Shown piece after piece: positions 1 through 30,599 of a stretch of 62,000 nucleotides of DNA. Where the stretch lies: NCBI GenBank assembly GCA_013265495.1, contig MU058252.1, forward strand, positions 248,001 through 310,000, written 5' to 3'. The notes below the pieces were generated by a model. That model saw only the letters and a list, made by a program, of their open reading frames with translations. It was not told where the DNA came from and made no database searches. This stretch comes from Vicugna vicugna. Taxonomy: Eukaryota. Positions within the stretch are counted from its first letter, which is position 1; each line of letters begins with the position of its first letter. A program made the translations under genes and the position numbers.

Positions 1-483
1 CTAAGGGAATACTTAAAATTAGACCCAAGAGGGCCTTGGTTGGGGGCAAGGGGGATGACCCTGAGCCTTTGAGTCACAGGAGGATAAAGTGAGGTCCCCA
101 GCCACGGAGACCACTCCCCTCGCATCCTCTTCTCAATTAGCCGAGGCCACAGCAGGGAGCTGGCCAGACCGGGAACAAGGACCAGAGGCAGAAACTTCAC
201 GGAGTTGAATCCATGAGAGAGACTGAAACTTCTGATGAGCAGAGGGAACCACTTGGAAGCGGCCAGGGCCATCTGGGAAGGGTGAATCCCCGATCCCTGG
301 GGCAGGAGAGAGGACCACTCCCAGGAGATGATGTGGTGGAAACCCAAGCAGGTAAGGCTGTGAAACCAGTTCTGATCCTGCCCCAAGGACCTGTGAATCT
401 GGACTCAGTCAGTCACTCCACTCCCGTCTGTCCATCCTGAGCCAGATGGGACCAGCCGTATTCTCCGTGTTCTCGCCCCCATC

Positions 484-624
484 TTTTTGTTTTGTTTTGT
501 TTTACTTTGAGGGGGAGGTAATTAGGTTTATTTATTTATTTTTAATGGAGGTACTGGAGATTGAACCCAGGACTTCATGCATGTTAAGCAGCTCACTCTA
601 CTACTGAGCTGTACCTCCCCCCTA
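484..624 (-). mobile_element. tRNA-derived SINE, camelid Vic-1-like
   Basis: On the minus strand: tRNA-like head with A-box (AGCTCAGTAG) and B-box (GGTTCAATC), then aataaataaacctaattacctcccc and an A-rich tail; TSD ccatcttt at 479-486 and 625-632. Confidence 0.8.
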
Positions 625-747
625 CCATCTTTGAAAGAATCCCTTGCACACCCCTTCCTGCGGAGCATTGGCCTTGGGTAGCATCATGATCCCAGGGAAG
701 GGAAACCAGGTGTTCCTGCACCAGCCCAAGAGCACAGCTGCACCTAC

Positions 748-18318
<17,571 letters not shown>

Positions 18319-20378
18319 CCTGAGCCCATGGGCGGGCCGGGCGGGCCCCCACCCACCCCGGCCCGGCCCGGCCCAGCACAGGCTTCGGGTGGCCCGGCCC
18401 GGCCGTGATCCTCGCGCCCCGCGGCCAAGCAGAGCACGGGCGGGGCCGGGACTGGGTTGCGGGCGCGAGGTCTCCGCTCGGCGCCGGCTCCGGACCGCGG
18501 GCCTGGCCTGGAGCTGCCTGAGCTCGGGCCGCCCGGCCGCCCGCACACCTGTCTGCCGGCCCCAGCCGAGCCGCAGGCTCCGCTCCGCCGCGTCCCCGCG
18601 CTGCGCTCCGCCCGCCCGAGCGCCAGGCTCCCGGCTCCCGCCCGCCGCGCGGACAGCCGCTCCGGCGCCCGCGGCTCGGGCTGCGCCTGCGGCTCGGCCC
18701 GGCCGCGGAAGGGTTAACGCGGCGCGCGCCCCTCGGGCTCCGAGCAGCCCCGCCCTCTCCCCCCACACACCCCGCGCGCCCGCCCTTCCCATTGGCTGAG
18801 CCGCGTCGAGGGCTCCCCCTACCCCAGCCCCTCGCTCAGCCCCGGAGCCCCCGGGACTCGCGCGCCCCAAGAGGGGGAAGGGACCCTTAGGTAGGGGAAC
18901 TGTGAGGACAGGTGCGACGGCCGGCCTTGAGGCGGTCAGGGAGGAGTCTTGGGAATCCCGCACCCTCCCCACTCCACCCACCTAGCCACCCGGGACTGGG
19001 AGGACTGAGGAACCTGACTTGAAGGGAGAGGGCAAGTCCCTTATGCCCTGCTCCCCCACCATGCCAGGCAGGCTCGGACACACAGCATGCGCTCCATAAC
19101 CAATACTGGTGACATAGGCGAGGCCTGGGCCCTGGGAGGACGAGCACGGGGTCAGGGGAGACCCGAGAAGTGTGAAGGGCAGGACAATCTGTAGGCCCCT
19201 GGCCACCAACGTTTGAGATCAGGGTGGGTGAGATTTAGGAGGGGCACACACCCACAGCAGGAGCGCTCCCCCAATGTACACACACACACACACTGCCCTC
19301 TCTGGGGTTATTCCAGGCCCTCCTGCACAGAGGGACATTCTGACAGGAGTTACGGCCTCCTAGCTGCGGGATCAAAGAGAAGACCCTGAACGCGAGGTTC
19401 CAGCCTGGGGATCCCCTCGTCCGAAGGGCCCGCCCTCCCTCTGCAGCGCGGGGCCAGCAGTGCAGGCCCAATCGGCGGGCTCGGGGCCCTGCGGCGCTGC
19501 GGCGGCCCAGCCCCTCGGAAAACCCTGGCCTAGCCGCAGGCCCCTCCCCCCGGCCAGCTGGCTCACTCCAGCTGCAGCTCCCTTATTTAGGCAAGGAGGC
19601 CTGAGGATGCTCAAGGGCAGGCAGGGTGTCTGCCCGCCGCCTGCCCATCGCCCGCCTGGGTCTAACGGAGGGTCTCCGGGGCGCAATGTCCCCAGCCTGA
19701 GCAGCCAGGCAGGGCCTCAGGACACTCAGGGCCGGAAGGCGAGTGTTGACAGCTGAGCTGGCCGGTGGGGAGGAGTCGGCCACTGAGCAGCTGCTGGCGG
19801 GTCCCCTCCCCTGCAGCCCGGATCAGAGACCTGGGAGATGGATGGGGCCATGTGAGGGCCCCTGAGGGCTTGCAGCTGCCTCTGTCCTTGGAGCAAGGGG
19901 GTGGGTCTTGTCACTGGGGAGAACCATCGTGGGATATGGAGGGAGGGGAGGAACAAAGGACAGAGAAAGCAGCAGAGCCTGGAAGGCAAAAGGCCAGAGG
20001 AAGAGGTCCCAGTGAGACCACCCTGCCTAGACTTTCACCTGCCACCCGGGAACAAGTAGGGGCGAACCCTGGGGCCAGATGGGACCATTGGCCAGCAGAT
20101 GACACCCCTTTTTTATTTGCTGGTGGGTGGGCAGTGACTCAGGGAGGCAGCCAGTGGGAGAGAAGGAGGTGGCTCCACCAGCTGATGCTAAAAAAGACCA
20201 GAGGCTCTTGCCTGTACAGTCATCCCTTCGGCCCTCTCCACCTCCGGCAGCTTCTTCACCCTCACTTCAAGATGCCCAGGACCTTTGGTGGCACAGACCC
20301 CCCTTCCTCTGTGACCTGGCATCAGGTACATCAACCCATCTGGATACTAGAAGGAACCCAGTCTCTGCCTCAGCTCTT

Positions 20379-20397
20379 CCCCCCCCCCCCCCCCCCC
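20379..20397. repeat. C19 homopolymer
   Basis: Direct reading. Confidence 0.9.
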
Positions 20398-20767
20398 AAC
20401 CACCCCCCGGCTCGTCTCTGTCCTACACTAAGTCCAGGGTGATTCACCTGCGAGTGGGTGTCTTCCCCTCCAGGTCAAGGGATTGAGAGAGTAAAAAGGG
20501 TCTGCTTTGAAAATGGGTGTGGGGAGAGAGGAAGGGGAGAGGGACATCTGTATTGGAGAGCTGGGCTGCCTAGACTGGCCAGCTGTCCACACTGAGGTAC
20601 CCATGTTCCCGTGTTCCTCTGCTCTTATCCCTTGGGGAGGATGAAGGAATCAGAGGGACCATTGATCCCCCCAATAAAGAGGAGACTGGGCCCAGAGCAG
20701 CCCTCCTTCTGTGCATAGAGGCCACAGGCAAGGAGAGACCTGTCCCCTTAGGCAAAGGAGAGGTAAA

Positions 20768-20807
20768 TCTCTCTCTTTCCCTCTCTTTCCCTCTCTTTCC
20801 CTCTTTC

Positions 20808-20841
<34 letters not shown>

Positions 20842-20847
20842 CCCCCC

Positions 20848-20883
<36 letters not shown>
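20768..20883. repeat. Compound (CT)n / C-run / (CA)n microsatellite
   Basis: Direct reading. Confidence 0.9.
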
Positions 20884-22649
20884 TATGCACAAACACCTCA
20901 GTGAGAAGTGAAAGCTGAATGGAGGTTCTGCCTTCCTGGAGGCTAAGGAGAGTCTGAGGGCAGTCCCAATGAGCCAACCCCACAGCCAAGGACTGGGACA
21001 AAGAAGAGGGACCATGAGATGGGAGGAATTTGCCCAAAGGCATCCTTCCTGGGGCCACAGGTACCAGGCCCCAAGAGGTAAAGAGCAACAGATGAGCTGC
21101 TAGAGAAGCCTCCGCTGCCCACCCCCTTTCCACCTCCACTACCCCCAGATCCAGTAGAAAGAGGAATGTGCCCAAGCTTAATACCCAGAGCTACCAGAAT
21201 CCGCCCCACCCCCACTGGGGCTCACTGAGCCATTTGCAGGGATCAGTCCTAGGAAGAGCTTCCCCAACCGGGCCTGTGACCCTGGACTGTGATGGAGGGA
21301 GGGAGGGAGAAGCTGTACTGACAGTGAGACACACGGGCACTTCCCAGCTCCCTGAAAGAGATGGTTTGGGGAGAAAAATCCTTGGAAAAGATCCTCCCCA
21401 CCCCACTCTCTGCTCCTGCTCAGTCTGAGGGATCCTGTCCTGGGAGGAAAAAAGGAATTGAAGCCTGCCCCTGCTGGTGGATCCCCAAGGAACGAATGCA
21501 GCCAAAATGGTGCCCAAAAGAGCAAGTGACAGTTACAGGGGACTGGAAAGCAGTTCCAGTCAGGTGGGCGCAGGAAAGACAGCTGATGGAATGGCTCCTC
21601 AGAAACCCCAGGGAAGAACATGGAGTAGTCCCTCACTGCGCTAGGGGAGGCTGAGACTGCACGGTGGGGCCTGTGTTTCTGTGTGATTGGGTATTGAGAA
21701 GGAAGATGTTCGCAGAAAGGAACTGGGGTTAGAGGAGAGGAAGATCAAAGAAGCAGCATGTTTCTCCACAGAAGTGGGTGCTCAGGGCTTGCTGAGAACA
21801 CGAAGAGAAGGAAGGGAGGGAAGGACCCACCACAAACCCCTAGCCAGGAGCCAGAGCTCCATCCACTCACTGCCATCTGTAGCTCCACGTGCAGTGATCT
21901 TGTCAACCTCCCGCCATAGCCAGCGTCTTCTCCCATCCACCTGATAACCACCCTTGATGGGACTTTTTCCTGCCTTGGTGATATCCAAAGAAGCAAGTAA
22001 GGTGCTGGAGACTAGGATTCAGGACATCTGACTTTTAATTCTGGCTCTGCTACTAGTTGCATCAACAGATGTCTACTGGGGGCCCTCTATGTACAAGGCC
22101 CTATGCCAGACACCGTGAGGGACGGGAGGGACAAGCTAGGATCCCTCCTCCAGGGATTCACAGTCTACTGGGGCTTGAGAGAGGTGATGTGCAGACAGAA
22201 ACTGCAGTCTGCGGTAAATCCTGTGGACTACAAGGAGATGTCAAATACTCTCAACTGGAGGAGTCTGGGAGGACCTTGGGAGGGGACAAGCTTTCAGAGC
22301 AGGTCCTTGAAGGTCAAGATGCGGCAGGGCAGGAGCACTGCAGGTGGAAGGGACAACGTGAGCACAGGCATAGAGAGTGGAGAATGAAGACCAGGTTTGG
22401 GGACAAAACAGTTTGATTTAGTGTCAGTGGAGCATAGGCTAGAGCCATTAGCAGAGGGCTGAGGAGTATGGATTTTATTTTGTGTGCAAAAGAACAGTGG
22501 TGGCAGCTGAAATGTATTGTCCATGAATATAGAAATCATATCTGTCTTTGTACAGATCCTAGCATATGGTCAGTATCTAATAAAGGTCTATTGAATTAAT
22601 GAAACGTGTATTAATAGTTTAGAGAAACTGAGGCAGATACAAACTGTTT

Positions 22650-23135
22650 CAGTTGTCCCAAACCCGAGTGACTTAAATCAATGACAGCATTTATTTTACT
22701 GATGGGGCTGCCTTTTGGGCAGTTTCAGCCAGGACCTCTTGTGTCTGCTCCACTCAACTTGGGACTGAGAGGCTCATTCACTCACGTTTGGTGGTTGATG
22801 CTGGCTGTCAGCTGGGACCTCAGCTAGGACAAGAGCCAGAACGCCTCCATGAAGACTTTCCTCGTGGCTGCCTGGCTTCCTCACACTGTGGTGGCTGGTT
22901 TCCAAGGGCAAGTGTCCCAAGAGAGGTCCAGGCAGCAGCTGTACCACCTTTAATAACTTAACCTAGAAAGTCACATAAAATAACTTTTGCTACAATCATG
23001 GCCCATCAGATTTAAAGAGAGGAACATAGACCCCCTACTTCTCAGTGAAGAATTGTCACCAACATAAAAAAAAAAAAAGCACTTGCAATCGGATCTATTG
23101 TCATGACCACCTTGGAAAAATGTAATCTGCCACCC
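22650..23135. mobile_element. MaLR (MLT1-like) solo LTR remnant
   Basis: Hallmarks gctggctgtcagctgggacctcagct...ggcttcctcac...ggtggctggtttccaag...ctagaaagtcaca. Confidence 0.65.
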
Positions 23136-26100
23136 AAAGCTATGAAGTAGTCCAGGGAGAGAGGGAGAAGACTTGAACCAGGTCAGAGGTGATGGAAAGG
23201 AGCCTATTTGTTGGGTAACTTTAGGAGGGTCACTAAATCTCACTTTCCTTGCCTGTAAAATGAGGAGACCAAACAAGCTGATCTCTGAGATCCCTCTTAG
23301 CCTCAACAGTGAGTGATTCCTTAATTCTGCACAGCCATGTTCTCCACCCACCACCCATCCTCCACTCTCCCTCAATACCCGTCTCCACTCCACTTTCATC
23401 TCCTACCTCTGCTTTTTGATCCTAGGTGCCCTTGAGGACAATGGTTACTTCACAACTAGGACCCTGGTCCATCCTACATGTTTATTTCATACTAAAAATA
23501 AATGGAGTGGGAGACACCTTAAGGGAAGGTGAGAAGACCCTCAGACCCATCCAGTCTCCCATTCCACCCTGCTCTGTGCTCCCCCTGCAGAGTCTCCTGA
23601 AAACAGACATATGGTACCTGCAAGGAATCCTCAATCCAACTGGGGAGAGAGAACCAATGGGCATGAAATGCCATGAAAACAGTCTGGTGTGACACTGTGC
23701 TACTGACAATATGTCCAAGGGAATCCAGAAGAGGGAGGGCCCTGAGTGGGCTGAAGCAGCCAGGGGCGCCTCCTGGGAAGGCTGGGCCTCCTGGATTGTA
23801 AGGGCTTTTTCAGGACAGAGGAAAGGAATGACCATCTTCACAAAGCAGGATCCCATAGGAGTCAGGTGTGGAGTCCTCCCACCAATCTACTTACCCCCAA
23901 ATGAAAAAAGAAGAGGGGACAGTTTAAGTTGATTCTGTCTGAGAACTTAACAGCCATCTGTCCCTTTGATTTAAGGGTGGGGCTCAGCCTTCTCATACAC
24001 AGGAAGGGGCCCTCCAAAACTTAGCAAGTAACAGAAACTCCAGAATTATTATATAGGAGGCACTGATGAGGAGGGGGAATCTGATTACAAAGATAGGGGT
24101 CTGGGAAATTTGTCTGGATACTGAACTTCCATGTATTCCTTTAAAATGAGTATTTACTAAGCACCTACTACGTATCTGACACTGTTCTAGGATATAGTTC
24201 TGGTGGTGAATGTTGTTAAATAATGCCATCAGGGTTTGCAGAACGAGTGCATTATTTTGACATAGGTTAGAGGTTTATTTTAGGGTGTCCTTGAGAGACT
24301 GAAAAATAGTAAGGAGCAAACCGTGCTTTGGTGCCTCCTCGCCAGGGAAGCTGGCCTGGCAGGCAATCCCAAGCTCTCTTGGCTGCCCAGGAGCTGTGTC
24401 TCTGTCCAAGGTGCTGAAACCCTCCATGCCAGGCTCTGCAGGAAACCAGGGAGGGCAGCTCAGGTGACCAAGACTGGGGCTCTCCTCCAGACCCAGAGAA
24501 TTAGACAGTCACTCCAAATCATAAAAATGCTTCTGGAACTGGACAGTGGCTCCAGGAGGCAGTACATGGTGAAGCAAGAGCTCGCGTTGCCCATTGGTTC
24601 TAGGAAGCCTCAAATCTCGCTTTCATCTGTCCAGAATGTGTCTTCCTCCCTCATCCCAACACAAGTCATCAAGGAAAAGATATGAATCCTCTGAACTTTA
24701 CACTTGCAACTCTTTCCCTTGAAGTTATCTGTTGCTTTATGAAATATTAGAGCCAGAAAGAAACACTTTCCTATTTTAGATGAGAAAACAGATTCAGAGC
24801 AGTGCAGACCCTTCCTCGGGGTTGTGGCACAGGAGAGAGGAGAGATACAAGACCCAGAGAGCTCTAGACACAGAGGTAGCTATGTTAGCTCTTCAGAACT
24901 ATTCCTTGTTCACTCTGCTAAACTCATCAGGTGGAATTTAAGCCTCCCCCAGTGTGGGTGGGAGGGATGGGCATGGGAATGCTAACCCAACACTAGTTCC
25001 ATATCCTAAAGGGTATCTATCCCACCCTATGAATCTTCAGCCAATATGAAGGACCAGAGAACAGAACTCAGGCCCTACCATGTCTCCCTCTCCATCATCT
25101 CCCCAATCCACAAGCAATTATCTGTCACGTTCTATGTGCCCCATGCTGTGAGGGACCCCTAGAGAAATACATGGCATAAAATGCAGCCCCTGGGCCTTAA
25201 AGAGTTTGCAATTAGTTGGGAAGAAAATATGCTCACACACGAATAGACAGTATTAGAGGGGCCAAATACAAATAATGACAGCCAACTAGAAAAGTCACAT
25301 GGTCCTAGATCCCAAGTGCCAAGAAGTGGTTCAGACCATGAATGCTTTGACTTCAGAACAGGGAGCGATCATTTTAAGGCTGGAAAGGGAAGGGAAGACT
25401 TCACAAAGCAGCAGAGTTTAAGGAGAATTTGACTGAGCTGAGAACATCAGTCAGGACACCCACATCTCTGCCCCTCTGGAGAACAGAAGCCCAGTGAGGA
25501 GCCTTATGATAGGAAGGCTAAGCTGGTGAGGGTGTGAAAGTGACAGCAGTGGCCAATCACGGGCCAGGGGTCCAGAATGTTCAGGAAGCGAGATGTCTCT
25601 GTTCTCTGGAAAAGAAAGGGCTTTGAGAGCTCCCCCTTCTGGACCCACAAGGCAGAACACCATCTCGATCAAGCTCCTCTAAATCACGGGTGGACCAGTT
25701 CCTACAGCAGCACAGAGTAGAATTAAGTAAGCCAGACAACAGTGAGGACCCAGGAAAGGCCCAGATCACCACCAACAGCAGATACACCAGGAATGGCTCG
25801 TTTGCTGGTCATTGGAGGTCAAGGGGCTAATAATCCAGCGGGAAGACAGGAAAAAACAAAACACAAGGACCGAAGGCTTATCAGGACCTGGGTTCAGAGT
25901 GTCTCTGTCTCACAGGTCAGTAGCAGAGATATAAAGGCTCCTCCTCCCACCCTGGTTTGGAGAGAGTCTGGAGTCTGGCCCCTCCCTGGGACACCCGAGA
26001 GGCAAGGAGAAGGGATTCTGCCCAGCCAATCTCTAGTGATGGTTGCTGGAGAATTCCCATGCTGGGCACTCTGGATGCTCAAAGCCCCAGTTCCCAAGAG

Positions 26101-26458
26101 ACCTGGAACCACAGCAACCACACTAGGAAACTGGGCCAGCCTGAGGGACTGAAGGAGAGAAGAGGGGAGAGGAGGAGGGAGGAAGGGGATAGGGCCTGTC
26201 ACAGTGATCCCTGAGAACCTTGGCCTTCTGTATAGGGCCCCCATGGCCTGAGACAGGGGGCCACATGGTCATCATTTGAGAAACCTCAGCCTAACCCTAA
26301 AAACTCCTCATTTTCACTCTGGATCCCAGGAGGAAAGGGCAATTTCAAGTCCCTGTGGAAACATTCCTATCCACCCCAATGTTCTTGGTCCAAATTAGCT
26401 TCGGAAGGGACCAGAAGAGGAGGTCAAGGAGTGAGCCCCAGGCCACACTGCCCAAGGG

Positions 26459-26570
26459 CACACACATGCATGCAGACACACACACACACACACACATCCA
26501 TGCACATTCTATACATAGCCATACACAATCACACAGACTCATACTTACACACACACACACACACACACAC
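26459..26570. repeat. Interrupted (CA)n microsatellite
   Basis: Direct reading. Confidence 0.9.
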
Positions 26571-27539
26571 AAGCACAGAATCCGCCCAAGGCTGTGGTTC
26601 AGAAGGAAGATTCTAAACCTCAAGGAGAATCAAGTCCTAGAAATACCCAGGTTCCCTCAGGAAGTTAGTGCCATCCCCTCCCAGGAACTCCCAAAGATCG
26701 ACAGTCACTGTCACTCCCAGGGCAAGATCTTGGGATTCTCACAGTCCTCTCAGCCCCGTGACTGTCCTACCAGTCTGAGGATCAGGAAGCACAAGAGTCT
26801 CCAGAACAGGATCAATGTCCCTAAGGAGCCCCCTGCAGGATGGGGCGGCGTCTGGGAGCGCTCCTTCCCACGACCCCCAGCAGCTGCAGGAACTGCCTCC
26901 CCTCGCGGGAGCCACGGGGCACCTGCTGATCACGCCCTGGGCTCTGCTAGATGTGCTCCCTGTGACTTCAGTTCACTACACCCGTGTGGTCTGCTCGGAA
27001 GCAGAGAGGTTCCCCAGGGAAGGCATCCCTGCGCCTCACGGAGTCATCATCAGGAACTTCAGGCTTATGCAAACAAACCACTTCAGGGTCCCAGAGGGCT
27101 AGTGTGGACCCACCACCCCAGCTGAGCCAGAGGCACACGCCACTGACCCTCGCTCATCCTGGATCTCACTGAGTATCAGGGTGTCTGTGCTCAGGCCTTT
27201 GCTCCAATCTCTTCTCTCCAGCTCTCTGCTGCCCCCATGTGGCTTCCTGAAGAAGGGCTGGGCTACTTGAAGGCGCCCTAAGTGCCATCCTGGAGCCCCT
27301 TCAGACAGGCAACATCTTCCACTGCCTGAGCCTTGAACACCCCAGACCCTACCTAGAGCCCCTCCCCAAACATCCAACCTCCACCTTGCAGTCTGGAATC
27401 TCAGCAAAGCTTTCTGACGCGGCCTGAGTTGCATCCTGAGGACAGAAGGACAGAGGCCTCCCTGAGCCACAGAACGCTGCTCCCCTCCCCTCTGCTTGCT
27501 TCCCCACCTCCCTTCCCTCTTTTCCCCTTAGCTCCCCAC

Positions 27540-27660
27540 CCAGGCTTGCCAGCAGGCAGGAAGGAAGCTGCTCATAGTGGGGAGGGCGGGGCGCTTCCAG
27601 CTCACACTGAACAACCCCGGGCTGGGCTATAAAGAGCCAGTGCCTTCCGCTCCGTCACCC
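27540..27660 (+). promoter_or_regulatory. Candidate NOS3 upstream endothelial enhancer
   Basis: Tandem Ets cores caggaaggaag 27557-27567, MZF1-like AGTGGGGA 27576-27583, GC box 27584-27591, TATAAA 27628-27633. Motif content resembles the described human -4.9 kb eNOS enhancer; orthology is inferred. Confidence 0.5.
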
Positions 27661-30599
27661 GCCACCCTCCACCACCCCACAGCTCCTACACACACCCCTG
27701 GGGCCAGGGCCTTCCTCCCCCAAGGCCAGGGCATCCCACCCCAAGCCATGCACAGCTCTCTGCTCTGGAAGGGAAGGCAGGAGTAAAGTTTGCTGCCTTC
27801 TCAGGGAGCAGGTGGAGCCGAGGGCCTGACTACTAGCCCGCAGAAGGTCTGTCACCCTCCCTGACCAGGCCGATGGGGGCTGGGAACTGGGCTGTCCTCC
27901 CCCAGTGGCAGAAAACACAGCCACTGTCAGAGACCAAGCAATTGGGTTCGCAAACAAATTCCCTCAAAAGTCCTTTCCAGCTTAAAATCTCATGAGTTAA
28001 AGTTAAAATTCTTTCCTAGTAGTGGAAACTTCAACTCTGTGCATTTTGAAATTTGGGGGGTTTTTGCAATGATTCTAAAATGCAATTGCTAAGAAGAGCA
28101 GTCAGCCACTGAGATGCATAAGCCTTAATACCCATCAAGGGTGGCTGGCCAAAAACAAGGCAGGACACGAGGAAGGGTGGGAAAGTCCCCATCCCAGGGG
28201 TGGAAGAATCACAAACCATCAGGAAAGCCAGAGCTCTTGATGGAAGTTAGGACACATGGGCAGTGCTGGCTGCAACTCCAGGAAGAGTGACCAAAGGGGG
28301 GCTCCCCTGTCGTCAAAGCCTCACCTCGACGTTCTTCAGCTGTACTTTTTCTCCCTCTTTTCCTAAAACCGCTGCCATGGCTCCCTCTGCCCAGATCCAC
28401 ACCAGTTCAGGCCCACCCCTGCCCCCACCATCAATGCCGCTGTGCTGAACTGTCCCTGACCTCCCTATGTCTGGAGAATGCCCCCTCTTGGCGCCGTCAC
28501 CCTCAGCAGCCCAATCCCTTCCCTCTGCCCACCCAGACCCGCTAGCCTCGGCCGCCTCCCATCTCAATGGCCCCTCTCCAGCTGCCTCTAGAACAGAGCC
28601 ATGGGCCCCTGGGCGGCCGCATACATTAGCAGTTGAACAAGCCAGTGTTCACGAAGCACCTACTCGGTGTGGGGGCCACAGGCCTGGCAGAATCCCAAAT
28701 GAGCAAAACTTGACCTGTCCTTCCAGAGCACACGAATTCATTTGGAAGAAAGATCAGACACAGAGCAAGCTGCCCACGAACCACTCTGGGAGGAACCAGA
28801 GCGAGAGATGTTCCCGTGGCCTGGGGAGCATGGAGAGAGGGGTTGGGAGGAAGGCGTCACAGAAGAAACACAGTGGGGCCTTGTGGTGGTCAAATCCGCC
28901 AGGAAGCACACTAAGAAGGAATTAGAAGCCTAAGAGATTTGTGCCTGTGAAACATAATGGGGAGGCAGGGAAAGGCTCTGGAACAGGATGCAGGTCTGAC
29001 ATCTGTGAAAGGAGAGAAAAAGAAAGAGGATGAGGTGGGAGAAGCCTCGGATCACAGTGAGTTCTGAGATGGTCTCACCAGGCCAGCGGGAGCACCACAG
29101 AAAGACCGCCTGTAGACGCCCCCAGGGCAGCAGTGGTGAGCCATGTACCTCCCGGGGCTCAGGGATTGACGCTTCGGAGGAGCGTGAGGGCTTGGGTTTT
29201 GCTGCTGGGCAGATTCTGAGGCCATCACACCTGCACCTCCTGCAGCAGGTTCCCTCTGGACAGGGTGCCTCCTGAGATGCCAAAGCTGGGCCGTGAGGAA
29301 GGAAAAGAAAGATCTTTAGTCAGAAGGCGAAGGGAAAGGTGGACAGGGCAGCATTAGCAAGAGCCCAGGGGCAGGAAGACATAAGGACAGGTTGGATATC
29401 TGTGAGGAAGCCTGTTTGTGTAGAACAGAGGGTTTGAGCCGCACATTTGGGAAACTGACGGCCAGGCCAGTGTGTTGGAGTGGCTCTGACCTTGGGTTGA
29501 AGGTTTCAGGGAGAGCCAAAGCATGAGGGAAGCCCTGATTTCGAGATGAGTCTGGCAGCAGTGTGGAGCACAGATGAGAGGGGAGACCCCAAGGTTAGGA
29601 GACCACATGGAAGGGCTAGGGTCAGTGCTATCGGTGAGAGGTCATGAAGAGTTCAGCCTCTTATGCTCCTTGTCCCTGAGGAAGCCAGCCACAGCTCTCT
29701 TAACTGGAATCTGGAAAAAAGGAGTGATGTGCAGTCAGTGGTGACCGAATGGGAGCCAGAAATGGGGTCGGCCTGCTTCAGGCACAGTGAGGAAATGTGT
29801 CTGAGAGGTAGGGGCCTGGATCCCATCTCCAGCCTCACTGGAAAGGGAGGCGAGTTGGGTGGGGCCTCAGGCTCCAGGGAAGAGGCATGCTGGGGGACAG
29901 GCCAGGAGTGAGCACAGGCTTCAGCCTTCTGCCTCTCACCTGCCCCTTGCCTGCAGGAGGGCCAGCGAAGCTTTCTAGGCACCCAAGAACTCAGGCTTGT
30001 CCATGTTTACAAGGACCCCTCACCCTCCTCCTTCTAGACTGGCAGACCCTACCTTCTTGGTGTGATCCCAGAGCTCAGAGCACGGCCCATTCCTTCCGGC
30101 TGGTCCGCCTGCTGCCCCCCGACACACACACCCAGGTCCACACCAATCACATCCTCCACTGCTTTTCAGAGGAGTCCAGCCAACACAAATCTACATGTTT
30201 ATTTGTCTGCCTGTCTGCCTCTCCTGGTCTCTGCCTATCCCAGTCTCTCAACTTCTGTTTCTTTCTTGCAGATTCTCTTAGCCTCTGTGGTCTCAAATCC
30301 ACAGGGCTTCGACCCCTGTAGATCCAGATGCCCCAGCTCATGGCCTTTCTCCAGCCCCTCCATATCTTAGAACTACAAACCCCAGCATGCACTACTGCTC
30401 AAGGTGCCTGGCGAGTGTCAGTGGGCACCACCTGCGTGCTGGAAATTGTAGTTCCCCTCTCCCCACCCTCTTGCTAGGGCTCCAAGTTCTCCCCAGTGGG
30501 CAGTGTCTGCCTCAGCCCTGGCTGCTGGGTTTATCTCTGGCCTACCACCCCCAGGGAAGCATGCGTCACTGGATGACAGGGTTGGGGTGGAGGCCCTGG

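Noticed and set aside
540..620. tRNA-like A/B boxes as a tRNA gene
   Set aside because: They are the head of a SINE with tail and TSD
19581..19591. ccttatttagg as a CArG box upstream of KCNH2
   Set aside because: Seven A/T bases between CC and GG; not consensus
26355..27125. 256-aa plus ORF upstream of NOS3
   Set aside because: GTG start; reads through (CA)n microsatellites (HT repeats)
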